Assembly: GCA_036172245.1 (NCBI GenBank)
Contig: JAYWIR010000001.1
Span: forward strand, 806,001-870,000
Length of the DNA stretch: 64,000 nt
Reading direction: 5' to 3'
Source: Raillietiella orientalis
Lineage: Eukaryota
Below, piece by piece: positions 10,905 to 23,500 of the stretch. The notes under the pieces were generated by a model. The model searched no databases and had not been told where the DNA came from. It saw only the letters and a program-made list of their open reading frames with translations. The translations under genes and the position numbers were made by a program. The stretch's first letter is position 1. The number at the start of each line of letters is the position of its first letter.

Positions 10905-12320
10905 AGGAGGCATTGTCTTGAAGGTGCAGCGGGGGAGCTGGCTGGAAAACGGGAAAGGTGAACGCAGGAAAATTCTGACGCAGGAATGTGACGTTATGAG
11001 GAAGGTGTGTGTTTCTCCATGAGCGAATTACATACAGGTCTTCAATTAAGGGTTAAATATCCTTTGAGTGAGGAGAAAATGGCAGTTTTCTCTCGTCTTT
11101 GGCTTCGACCTCCCATACTCCCATTCGGAGAACACGGAGACCTTGCGAAGAGCACCTCAGGTGATCCTCTTAAACGTACTGATGCAAACAGCGAGTGCAA
11201 ACGACTGCCGGAAGGGAACTCAGGAAATGGAAGTCACGGCAGGTGATTAACGGTTCACGAAGGAGTAAAGATAAATCAAAACCATTTTCGAACACTCCAT
11301 CCCAGACAATACTAGGGGATTTCAGACTACATTCAAAAATGAATTTATTGCTGAAGAAACATCAATAGCAGCACACAATGGAAAAGTTGGCTGCCATCTG
11401 CTGCAACAGTGGACGAAAGCCCAATGGCTATTTCAAACAGTGTCTGATCAAAAATGGTTTCGAAGTTAAACTGTATAAGGAAAAAGCAGTGTGTCCCCCT
11501 CACGGTTCCCGGAATGGCCCGATCGGATTTGAGAATCATACTTTTGCATTATCCCCTGCTTCCTCAGGTTTATAGGAAGTCTTTTGAAAAACTCTGGACC
11601 CGCATGGTATTGGTTGTCCACACTTTGCTGTCAGATTGATCTGACACGCAAGGATGCCTCCGGGCAATCAAGTAGAGTGGAGGCTGATGCTCACCGATTG
11701 CACAGAACAGCCCTGCACTTTGTCAGCCTCCTGGAAAAAGTGCTCGAGTCACGGTTCAGATACTCCACGATATGTATAAAACTTACTTTGCAGCTTTCGG
11801 GTGTTCGACTTCGGAGAAACTCGAAAGGCTTGTTCGAAAACGTGGATAAGGCTTTCCATTGTTTTGTCAAATTTAATGCGACTCATTTTGTCATACGTGC
11901 CCAATTTTGGTGCCCCGATGAACGCAGATCCTCAAGTGTGAATATTGCCAAATTTCCCCTCCTCCCCCCCCCCAAAACGAACACGCCTGCGGCAGAAAAG
12001 GATCGCCAATTTGGGGTTACCGCAAACCAACGCTCTGTAGCAACGTCTATCGCAAGTGCAATGGCATACGACGGAGAAGTGTAGTGCTTCGCCGTCAATT
12101 GCAAAGGTATTTTCGCAAAAATTACAAAAACTTCTGCGTTGGCAGTCACTGGTAATCCACAAGAACGAACCACGGACTCACGATTCCATGATAAGGAACA
12201 CGATTCACCACGAAAGGAAATTTCATCTACGGTTCTCTCTCCATGAGCCTTCGTAGGAAAGCCGTCAGCTCTGCTGCTGACGCCAACATTGCATTTGCTC
12301 AGAATAATTAGCTGGAACAA
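10905..12320 (+). mobile_element. Decayed Helitron/Helentron PIF1-family helicase
   Basis: SGGAGWKTGK (~10929, Walker A like SGGAGTGKS); KPFSN..ILGDFRL (~11279-11330, like PFGG..GDF.QL); KLNCIRK (like LNRIR.G); WRLMLT (~11677); RQF..QVQWHTTEK (~12004-12080, like RQFPL..HKVQG.T). Many stops and frameshifts. Confidence 0.65.
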
Positions 12321-12993
12321 ATATTCGCCATTTTCCACCTGGGTTGCCTGTGCTTAGGTGCTACAGCACTCGCACAAGGTTATCTCACCCCTCTTGTGTG
12401 ATTTAATATGAGTGCATAACACGTCGACATGTATGCTCAGAATTCCAACGCATTGGGAATTAAGGCGGTTTTCTAGAAGGTCAAATGTCCATTGCCGCGA
12501 ACACGTATTACTGCAGGGCATCCGACTACTTCAGTACACATCAAACTCTTACTGTGGGAAAGGGTTTAGATTCAATGGAAGCAAATTTCTCTTGCAAATT
12601 CCATGGAGAAATCAATTTGTGAGATCACTTGCCTTGAATGTATTTCCACATTAGGTAGAATGATGCACACGCACATTCCATCCCTTTAACCAAATGCGCT
12701 GATGAAAAAACGAGTACACTTAGGCCAGTAAGTAATCGTTTGAAAAGTAAAAACCAATCCAGTGTTCCAGAAAATTGACATCTCCACCTTATTGGACACG
12801 TTTTTTCGTACCTCAAATGAAGTTTTACTGTGCATATCAAATAAACAAAGATCTTCTCAGGATTCATATGCAATAAGCTCTTATATTTTACCCAAAACTT
12901 TTGAACATTAGAATGATGTTTGCATGGTACCCAATGAGACAATACAGTTTGGTCTGCCCTATGTGTGCTGGATGCATGTGGACACAGCAGCAC

Positions 12994-14395
12994 TTAGCGA
13001 GGACACATGGCATGCCTGCCTCCATCCACTGGTAAAGAGACACCAGTTACAAAACCAGACATCTCAGTTGATGCTAGAAATGCAATAGCTTTGGCAACCT
13101 CTTCGGGTTGCCCATGTCTTCCCAGAGCATGAGTCTGCTGACATCTTTCCAGAAACTGAAATCATCATACTTGTTGCTAACACACTGTGCAGGGAATCAC
13201 AATGCACATGCTCACACCTGTTGATAGAGTTCATCAGTAAGACCACCCCTTTTCTGCAATGATGTTTCTATCACACCCGGGCTAAAATACCAGCATCAAT
13301 ACTATGTTATTTCTTTCACCTACTCACTTTACACTATTTACTCTTACTTGTTTGGAAGCAAGCTCTAAAAACAAAAGCAGTGAATGAATATTGGTTACTA
13401 TGGTATTACCTAATGCCACACACCTTGTGAATTGGTCAAGAGCAGCTTTGGACATATTGTAGGCCAAGACACCAGGAAACTAAATGCAACTGACTATGCA
13501 GGGCATGAAATTCTGGTACTCACAGATCGCATTCCATTAACACTTGACACATTTACAATTGATCCTTTGCTCTCAATCAAATAGGGTACAGCCAACATTG
13601 TTAAATGATAAATAGCTCTGAAATCATAGCTTTCTGATGAAATATGCTTCTCACACCATAAAAGCAAAGAAAAAGAAGAGTGAGAGTTTACCCAAAACAG
13701 TAAGAGTGAGAAAGCTGAAACAGTGAAACAACTATTCACATATTTAACAATATTACCTGACTTTTCTTTTTTACTTTTTGGAACCTTATTTATTTATAAA
13801 TATCAGTAAAAAAAAAAAAAAAAAAAAAAAAGGATGGGGGGGGGGACTGGGTAATCTGGAAAAATTTCGGAAGCTCACCTAACATTGATGTCAAATACTT
13901 TATCATATTGCTCCAATGAAGTAGTTTCAATTGTTCCAAATTCCGCTATTCCGGCACAATTGACAAGTACATCAAGTTTACCGAAACGAGTTATCAACTT
14001 GTCTATTAAACTTGCTCTGCATTTCCCATCGACAAGATCTCCGGCTACCAGCAGAGGATGTGAACTTTCGGAACATGATGCCGCCACCTTTTCAAGTTGT
14101 GACAGATTTCTTCCAGTCAAACACACTTTTGCACCACAAGATGCCAAATACACTGCTGTAGCTGCACCGATTCCGGAACTGGCACCTAAAATGTGAACAT
14201 CCACAAAAGGGAGTAATGCAAAACACTTGAAATACATTGTACATCAAAGTATTAATTTTTTTTTTTTTTACCGTATGCGCCTAATATTCACATTCATTCC
14301 ATCATTAACTTTTGAAATGCAGACAGCAAACTGTATTCATATACGTTCATACCTGTTATTAAGGCCACTTTCCCCAAAAGATTTGGGTAAGCCAT
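12994..14395 (-). CDS. Classical short-chain dehydrogenase/reductase (FabG/glucose-1-dehydrogenase-like), 7 exons
   Basis: Exons 14395-14353, 14185-13879, 13617-13524, 13479-13410, 13364-13328, 13281-13218 and 13155-12994 join in frame through GT-AG introns. Motifs TGASSGIG, LVNCAG, IVNVSS, catalytic YNMSK, VRVNSVNPG and ..[12 protein letters not shown]. Confidence 0.95.
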
Positions 14396-15429
14396 CGGTT
14401 CAAACCACAAATGCGGACAAAAACAAATAGCTCTAACGCGATTCCGCTGTTGGCCTCAGGGGTGCACAATGCTTTTCCTTAAAAGTAATTCTGTGTAGCA
14501 TCCTGTATGGCATGGGAAAGGAAGGGACCACGAAGTCTTAACAAAAAGTAATGCATCAAAATTATGAACTACGAGTTTTTCTACTCTTCAGATAGCCATA
14601 TTAGAAGGAAAAAACGCAGCAACAGAACTTAAAGTTTTTTGACTGTGTGCCAAAATATTACGTTACAAAAGTCATCAGAAGACCCCTAGAATGTTGCCGT
14701 GGCTACTTTTAATCAGACAGAAAAAGAGGTATTGGAGAGTGGGTGGTAGAAAATATCGTTGTATTCCAAGGAAAATGTTCCCATTGCCCTAAACCTCACC
14801 ACTATGGAACAATGAGGAACGCCAAACTGGAAAATAATATTGCCTATTTCCACCAACATAGAAAAATGAATTGAATTGAGCTTTATAAATATAAAAGAAA
14901 TCTTATAGTCTTTACAAATCTTTGGAATTGTTTCGAATGTGTGAATGCTGTATAAAGCGAATTAAAATCTGCGCTATCTGCATGAAGCTCATAATTCTTC
15001 ATGCAGCTCGAGCTGCATGAAGCATTATAAACTGCATGCAAAAGACTCGTGAAATTTCTTTCTCAAAAACGAATAACACAAGTACGTAGGAGTGGATTTT
15101 GCTGGACTTAGAAACCGAACTGAATATCTTGCTCGAAAGCTACAGAGCTTTAGGAACAAAATCTGAGTTTAATAAAAATTTCAATGATTTCATCCTCCTG
15201 ATTTCTCATCAGTTCATTTCGGCGCACAAATGAACTGATGAGTCCATTTTGTGATGGACAAATACTTATGTATGAGTGGCTGAGGACTACATGGGAACTT
15301 ATGAAGAATATGAGGATTCACGAAGATTGTTTCTTTTTCTTTTCTCTTCTTTCCTTTTTTTTTTTTTTTTTTTTTTTTACAATTAACTCAAAGCATTTTT
15401 ACTCCAGGATAAAAAAATCCAAATGACAC

Positions 15430-17400
15430 AAATTGATTCTCTTTGGAATCATCGCTGAAAGATTTTTCTTTAATAAAGAGATGTGTGGAAGAAAGTACTT
15501 ATTTGTTTATTTACTTGCTGTTGCTGTTCTTTTCAAAGCACTTGCGAAAGAGTTCTCTCAGGAGATCAGTTTCTTCTCGTATTACTTCAAAGCTGTTTGC
15601 GAGCTAGGCTTTGCTGGACGAAATCCAGCAGAGCCAGCAGAGCCGAAGAACTATAATTAGCGAACGGTCAGAGCAGTCATCTGGAACGCGCGAGGAGAGG
15701 ACACGGCTTCTTCGCCTTCTATTGGAAAGGAGGGAATTGAATACAGATCACAGATCCATGCATTTCTCGTGTGCAGCAACATGGAAACAGCGTTGTGTCC
15801 TTTGAATAGAAAGGCGCTTTTGCTGCGCTGTCGCTGGTCTTTACTAAGTACCGGAGAACCTCTGATTCAAAGCAAGAGATCCGATGGCTTGTGTCCGCTT
15901 TCACTACTTTACCTTTTTCCCAGACCCTGAAGACTTTGTTCCCAGATACTGAAAGGAGAGCTGATTTTACTGGGAATACCAGAAGATACTCATGACCAAT
16001 GATGCGAGCAGCCAGTCTCATGTGGTAATGAGTGTATTCTGTTGGAACTCCGGTGCCGCCGTAGTGCCGTGACTCCATGATCGTTTCTAGCTTCCTTGCA
16101 CTCCACAGGAAGCCTTTTTTTTTTTTTTCACGGAAAGTCTGCGATTCATTAAGACTCTACCCTGTGTGTGTGTGTGTTTTTTTTTTGCTGTGGGAGATTC
16201 AGCGAATGCTCTCAGGGAGGACGGAAGCTATCAAAGGAGCTTTCTGGTTCATAATCGTAATTGATAATGCGACAATAGTCGATAAGGGCTGGAATTCGGC
16301 TTCGAATGTTATCATGCATGTTAACATCATGATGCTAAATAAGGAATGGAAAAGCATCAAGATGCTGCATATGCTGGATGAAAATCGAGATCTTTGTATG
16401 AAGAGGGTTTCGTAATCTCTCCGTGCATCGACAAGTCTCTGGAGAAAGACACGATTTTTTCCCTGACCTGTCCCACAAAGAGCATGTGACTACAAAAGTA
16501 TTGATGCATTTTCTCTCGCTTGAACAATTCGGGAACTGTCTCCCAGATACCTCGCAGATAATGAGTCATTTCTCCTGAAATTCCTCCTTGCTCAGTCATC
16601 TCAATCACCAAAGACGACTACAGCCCACCGTTGGCAAAGAGCCTCTCACTACCAGCCACGGTCTTCTTCCTGGCTATACCAGAACAGCGATGGAAATATC
16701 AAGAACCCAACAGATTTTTCTATGGATCCACTATCTCAATAAGTCCACTGTGCCTTGCCTCCATTAGCACTTCTCAAAGCGACTTCTTCCGAAAGCACCT
16801 CACCCGTCGCCCATGAGATGAATCCAGAGGTTAAAGGTATGATGGACTCGGTGCTAGTTCCTGTTAAGGGCTTTCCCATTCTTCGCCTTTGGAGCTCTTC
16901 GCCAACATTACGATCGGATGGAAGGGAAAGGGGAGGAAGAGCATAGCGGAAACAGCGCACTCTTGGATAAAAGAAAGCGTGGGCCTCCCGGTCCCAATGG
17001 TGTGTCTTCCGCTTGCAAGCTAGACCGGCGGCTGCGATTTGCTAGCGCAAGAGTGCCCTTTGTGATTTAGAAAGTGGTAGATGTTGCACGATCTGCCCCG
17101 CATCCTCCATCCCACCCACTTCCTTGTCTGGATGGTGGAACACGCGTTGATGCTTTCATACCCGGTCAAAGGGGCCTCTTGCCTCCTTGCCAGAAGGTAA
17201 CAAGGCAAAAGAACCTCACGTCGGGACGAGATACCCTAATAAGAGGGCGCAAGACTTTCTTGGGTCCTTCAGAGCAGAGGAAAGGTCGCCCTCTTGGAAG
17301 AATCAAGGCCCCAGCCTACGTTGATCTACAATCCGCCAGCGCAAGAAGGAAATGGCCCAAAGTGTGCCTCTCTGAGGAAACTCAGAGAGGCAGCAAGCTG
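15430..17400 (+). mobile_element. Decayed DIRS retrotransposon, copy D (RT, RNase H, MT-like, YR start)
   Basis: In order: CELGF (~15598), TNDAS (~15995), EAIKGAF..IDNATIV (~16224-16280, like ELxAI..SDNTTAV), DAFSLA (~16503), AHRWQR (~16623, like APxW..QPW). Confidence 0.7.
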
Positions 17401-17624
17401 AAATCCTAGTAGGTTGGATCCTGACATTTGATTTTGTTTTTTTTAAAAAGTTCCTGTATTGTTCGGGGAATTCTCACCAGTCCCAATGCGCACCAATTCT
17501 CCTTGATACTACTCAAATTCTTCATTTGAACAGAAACCTTGCTGTCAGAATGTTTCAGCAGCAATTTTCTTTCATATCTCCTTCGTTTTTCAAAGATGAA
17601 TCGAGTTATGCGTCTTTGGCAAGA

Positions 17625-17947
17625 GCAGTAGCTCCTTGCATTTCGCTCCCTGGTGATTTGGTCTACAACATGTCCAGAGCTGCTCTCGACCAACTCACAA
17701 GGTGTGTGGCATCAGGCAATACCATTGTAACCAATAATCATTTGCTGCTTTTGTTTTTAGAGCTTGATTCCAAACAAGTAAGAGTAAAGAGTGCAAAATG
17801 AGTGGACCAAAGGAAATGGCATAGTTTTGATGCTGGTATTTTAGTCCCGGTGTGATGGAGAAACCATTGCAGAAAAGAACTGGTCTTTCCAATGGACTCT
17901 TTCAACAGGTGTGAGCATGCTCTTGTGACTCCCAGCATAGTGCGTTT
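17625..17947 (+). pseudogene. Inverted partial duplicate of SDR exons 4-6 with their introns
   Basis: Colinear with the reverse complement of ~13180-13495. Acceptor AG->CG, donors GT->GC and GT->AT, catalytic YNMSK->YNMSR. Other exons are absent. Confidence 0.92.
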
Positions 17948-18149
17948 TCACACCCGGGTGCGCCGGGGTGTTTATTTCTCTTAGAGGAGTCAATGAAGCC
18001 AAAGGGCTCACCGATCCCAATTATAACATTAGAACTAACGGAAGGCCAGCGAGGTCCATCACGTCCACGAAGGGGAAGGAGGACGAAACAAAAATAGGAA
18101 AAAAAGAAACAAACTATAAACGAACAATAAAAGTAACAAAAAAAAAAAT

Positions 18150-19600
18150 TTCTTGCTTGAGGACAGGAAGCTAGAAGTTTCGGGGGGAACTTTCATGTGA
18201 GGTTTGGCACCTGCTGGTTTGACCCTCGATAAAAAGGGGTGCCATTCCAGGAGTTACGCCAGACTGTACGAATAGAGCGAAGCAAACTTTGAGAGAGCTC
18301 TGAGGCAAATCAGCAGTCCCAAGTTGGATTTGATCTTCGCGTTGAAGGAGCTAAGAAACCACTGCGGAGAGAATTCGGGAATCTCGGAAGGAATGTTCGA
18401 AACTTCCATGGGAGAACAAGAACACGACTGCTATCAAGGCGAATGAGGAAACCAACAGTTACTCTTGGATGTGTCTCTATTACCAGCACGAACCGACATA
18501 CAATTCCGTTCCTGCTTTTCCTATTAGGTTGAATGGTTAGAATGAGCCTTTGCTCAACGAATTTTAAACAAATTCAGAATGATGAGATCTTCTTCTTAGA
18601 CTATGAGGATGGCAAGCTGGCTTTAAGACCTTCAGTCTTTTGCTAGCAGCTTACTGTAATTTGTCAACGTAATACAGTGAGCTGCCAGCTGCATCAAAAC
18701 TTGGCCGATGGGACATTCGTCAACGCAAATCCCACGGGATAAGTTTTTTTGACGCAGTTATTTTGGAGCTGTTTCAGAAGTGACTCCGGGCCCGCTTCCG
18801 GAAGCACGGTTCAAACCAGCAAGCATTCCGCTAGTGGATCCCATCCCACTCTCCCCAACAGGACCAAGTGGAAGAACTGCTTGCATAGGAGCAACCAAAG
18901 CAACGCGTTGCATCTTGCAAATCAAGATGGTTGGTTTCCCTGCACATCCTCCGTAGCCGAGACTGCGGAGCGCGGACTCTGAAGCCATCAGCAGCCGCGT
19001 CCTCTGTTCGATTCCCACATAGGAGTGTGCACCGGACTTACCGGGTCGATCGATCTGGCTGACCTTACGATCACTCCGGATGCATCTGATGCAATCGAGG
19101 ACGGTGCCCGCCTCGTGGAACCGCCCTGTACCATCGTGTACAAGCAAGCCTCCGTGGCGCAGCTCACCCTCTCCGGAGTGTACACTAAAAATAACTTGCA
19201 TCTCACGGATAACAATGCCATGACAACTGTGGAATGTCCGCCATGGCGGAAAGTGCGGACATCTGAGGCAGCAGTTTTGAAAGACTTTTGCTCGACAGGC
19301 AGGAAGGCACGAAAACGGGTTTCATATGTATGCAGGAATGGTATAAGAGAGGAATGAGGTCATCGTGAGGCATTTTTTTTTTTTCCCATTCCAGATTTCA
19401 AATGGCTGTTCGCGTTGAGGGGAGGTTTATTGAGTTGGGTCGGTTGTTTTCAGCATGTAGCTTTCAGTGCATATAGGTGAAAAGATTCCAGCAATTGAAA
19501 AATGCTTTTAGTAAAGTAAGTCATAAAGAACAGAAGCGTCCTGCAATCCTATGTGTTTTGCCATCTTTACTCACACGATCAGTATAAGCAACAAGACACT
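18150..19600 (+). mobile_element. Decayed Helitron-type PIF1 helicase, third copy
   Basis: LAPAG..KGCHS (~18204, like LAPTG..G.TIHS); GARLV (~19103); VLKDFCSTGRKAR (~19273, like VKFDD..VGKKAR); SVH.VK (~19464, like TVHKVQG); QSYV (~19544, like GQAYV). Confidence 0.55.
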
Positions 19601-20563
19601 TGGCGTTTTTAAGACATGGGAAGTATTTCAAGTTTTCATTTATGTATGTTTTTTGCTTTCATTTAAAGGTCTTGATGAGATAGATTTCATATCAGAGCAA
19701 CTACACACGTTACACGAGGAGAGCATTGACAAGCTTCATAACTGGTCTGAGTCTAAGTGGAATTATAAAAAAAGCCATAACGTAAATAACCAGGGATAAA
19801 ATCCTTGTTCATTATCTCCATAATCATACACAATAACTGTATAGTTCCGAAAACATATGAGGTTAATGAACGTAGATTTAATAGGTAATTGAAGAGAGAG
19901 TCTTGTTATATAGATTAGTTTTTCTTTCTACTCTTAGTCTTTCTTTCCACTTCAACATTCGTCTAATTATTTAAGAGCGGATGTCTTTATGGAATAATTT
20001 TTGTTTTGTATCAAGTTGCGGTTCTTGATCAGAAATTAATTAGTATCTTTATTGCTTATCACGTGATTTCAAGAGAGGAAAAATCGAGCGAATGATTAAA
20101 TATTCATATACTTATTCTGTCTCTTTGGAGAAGAGGCACTTAAAGTGTTTCAGGAAAAAAAAACAAATTTTTTAGTTTAAAACATTGCACACGTTTTTTA
20201 GAAGTAGTAGGCACTTTACAGAGCATGCAATGTAGGATGGAGTATGTGATTGAAGTAGCGCTGCGTGTATTGTCTTTAAAACTTTGTTCTTCCTTGAGGA
20301 CGTTTCACAAAGCAGAAAGCTCTGTTTTGTGCTGAACAAAGTGGAGAACATATTTTTGAATTATGCTGCATTGGTTAGACTTGTGTCACTTCGATAACTG
20401 ATTTGGGAAACACAGAATACTTACAATTCGAATAAGAGGGTGAACGAATATGTGGAAACCATACAAACTTTAAAAATGATATTCTGTAAAGTGCATTAGC
20501 AAGGGCTTATAAGATCAAGAAATTATGAAAATAAGTTGTTAATTTCTACTGGAAATTAAGCTC

Positions 20564-23500
20564 ATGTCAAAGTACTCTGATTCATACTTATTAGACCAGC
20601 TTCATGTCAGAGAAGTAAGATATTTCGTTTTCATTGACTTTGTTTTCATCAAGGATAATTTCTCGATATTTTGTTGTACTGTTTTGTTTTCTTTGTAGAA
20701 TCATATATCATTTATTTAATTCTTGTTTTTTTTTTCTCTCTCTTTTTTTTTTTAATGAAATTTTCACTCCAAAAATGGATTATGGACTTTTGAGGGGGGA
20801 ATGCTATGAATCAGTATTGATAATGAGAGTGTATTTCATCAAGTGATAGTAACTGAATTAATTCTAGCTTTGGGGAGATGTGAATTTCCGTATGGTGACT
20901 CGCACTACAAAATTCTTCAAAAAGCTACCCAGCAGACTCGTGTTTAAGCTAGCAGAGATTGTCCCATTTACTGCATTGGAATTTGGGTATTTCGTTGATT
21001 AAATTGAATTTAAATTTGTGATACTCTTGTAACTCGTAACTCTGTTTTAAATTCTACTTATTGAGTGTTAAAGCAGAATGTTATACCATATTTAGATGTA
21101 AAGATTCAGAACTTGGGGGGAATTACAATAGTAGGCAATAATAGGACCTCAAGAATCTAGCAGCAAAGATCACCTATAAGCATTTTGAAATTTGTCAATC
21201 TAAATCATATTCAATGTTGAACTGTTAGAGTTTTGATAGGAATGCTTCATAAGAGGTAATTGATAAATGTAAGAGGGAGACTTGTCTTGTATATATTTTT
21301 CAGAAAGATACCTCCAGGAAGTTTTGCATGAAATTATCATTTTATGTAGCAAAAATTTTGCACCTAATGTCTACCTTATTTTCTTCTTTTTTTTATAACA
21401 ACAGTCTGGAACTGAAGTGGAATTTTACAGTATGGACAAACAATTGAACCTCAATTTAAAAAATTGAATACAAACCACAGCAAATTTTGTGTTTTTAAGG
21501 TGGTTTGAAAGACCTCGAATTGTTATATGAAAATATTGCTTATTTTTTATGCTAGAATGTTTCAAATGTACCGCAAAGTTTTATGGTACATTTTCCATCA
21601 GTAAATTAAATCCCTTGAAGAATTGTCTTCAGAACCATGTGTGCATTGAGAGTGCAAGTATGGTTTTCAAAACTGGGTTCACAAAAGAGTAGGAACTGAT
21701 TTGTACCATTTTGAATGTGGCACTTTCTTGTTCTGCAGATCAAAAACTAATTTTTCACAGGGGCAGTGTGCATTTACTTTAGTTTTCTCAAGTGTATCAG
21801 AATTTGGTAGTGGTGTTTTGACCAAGAGTTATTGAAGTAGCATGTCTGTTAGGAACTGCAGTTTGCATTCTGTAATCTTAGGAATTTAATTGATTTAGAG
21901 ATTTTTGCAAAGGAACATGTTTTTCATTTCGTGTTAGCAGAGTTTTTTGTTTTGTTTTAGGAATGTGTCACACCTTGCCAGTTATTGAAAACAGAAAAGC
22001 AGACCTGTGAGTTTTTGTAATACCATCGTTTGTTTCATTTCCATGTATTAGCCTGGTTTTAGCATCAGCAGCTTGTTTATAAATTCATTATTAATGTCAT
22101 GTGCATACTGAGTTTTCATTTTTGCTTTAAAAAGAAATTTCTGGGAAATTTGTTATTAAGGTTAGTTCTGTGTTTCTGTTATTATTTGTGCAGATGACAT
22201 CAATATGTGTAAGCCTCCATGCTTAAGAAGCTATTGGTTTTCATTTTTGTATCAAATTAAATCTGAATGTCAATCATGGCCCATTTAGTGATAGTTCTTT
22301 CACATTGAAATTTAATCCAGAAATTGCAAATGCATTCATGTTTGAGATTTTGCCATCCCTTGTTTTTTGTTTAAGTGTGGACAATTTTGTCAATGTAAAT
22401 AAATTGGATTGATATGTGGATAGGGACTCTCCATGTGTCCTTATTTTTGGTGAATTGGAAAACATGTATTGAAGTTCCTTTGGTTATTCTTTACAGGTTT
22501 GAGCAACTTAGGGCTTGTGTTCGGTGGAAAATTTTCAAATTCCTACTTTATCTATTACTATTCTAGTTGTGTGTAAATTTAGTAATTTACACACAACATT
22601 TAGTAATTTAGATAGTGTTTCAGTTATGGGTTTGAGGTCCAACATGTTTTTTTCTGAATCTGTATTAAATCATACCCTTGCCTCATATTAAAAATTATTT
22701 TTATTAAGTTTTGCATCTAATGCCCTCGAGTCAAAGTGCACAGTTATAATCATTCATTGGTTTTAGTCAAAATTAAAAAGATCGCAAGTAATGTATGCAA
22801 AAACTATGTAAAAAAAAAGTATATGCGTTTCATTTTTCCTCGAATTTATAGACCTACAAATCATCACAGTTCTGCCCACATTCTGTTTGCAGGCACATTT
22901 TCCTGGGATTCAGCAGATGTGGCCAGTTCTTAATATCGTATACACAACTGATGGATGAAAGTGATCATCCTTCATTTCTTCCTTTTGTGTGCAAATATCG
23001 ATTGCATTGGTGGCGCTTTGTCCCTTATTGTAAGGCAGAGAAAGTTGCAGAAATTCCTTTATTTGGAGATCAAAAAATAAGCAGTATTTTGTTTCTGAGT
23101 GTGAATTATTGGCCCAGTTGCTTGGAACGAATTTTGGTTTATGGTTACAGGTTAGTCTTTGATCCAAATTTTAGTTGCGGAAATCATTTTTGTTTGGCAG
23201 TGATAAATCAGAAGAGAGTCTCCAAACATGCCATTGTTATTTAACCATTACATCTGTACCCTGTTTAAATGCTTGCACTTCATGCCAGGCCGTTCATGCA
23301 AAGCAGAAGGAAGGTATAAGCTTGTAATCATCATCACAAATAAGTACTTGAAGATTTCGAGATTTCAGAAAACTGTGACCAACTAGTAACTGGTTGTTTG
23401 CAACATGCACTGACTGTCCATACAAGCTATGATGTAGTTCGTCCATTTCCCAAGTTTTATCCGCGTATTTCAATGAAATTAGATGGAATCGTTGTTTTAA

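Noticed and set aside
12170-12700. Possible Helentron endonuclease after the helicase
   Set aside because: Only faint resemblance to APE motifs; needs a profile search.
15235-15265. Hammerhead-like CTGATGA plus stem II
   Set aside because: The required GAAA after stem II reads AAAT, no stem III or cleavage triplet was found, and CTGATGA is sequestered in a 15-bp hairpin.
19216-19800. Apparent small spliced gene with a PKI-like DFCSTGRKARKR motif upstream of DCAF15
   Set aside because: Exon phases do not give a convincing product, the RRNA pseudosubstrate is missing, and the same sequence fits C-terminal PIF1 helicase motifs. Use as DCAF15 5' UTR exons is not excluded.
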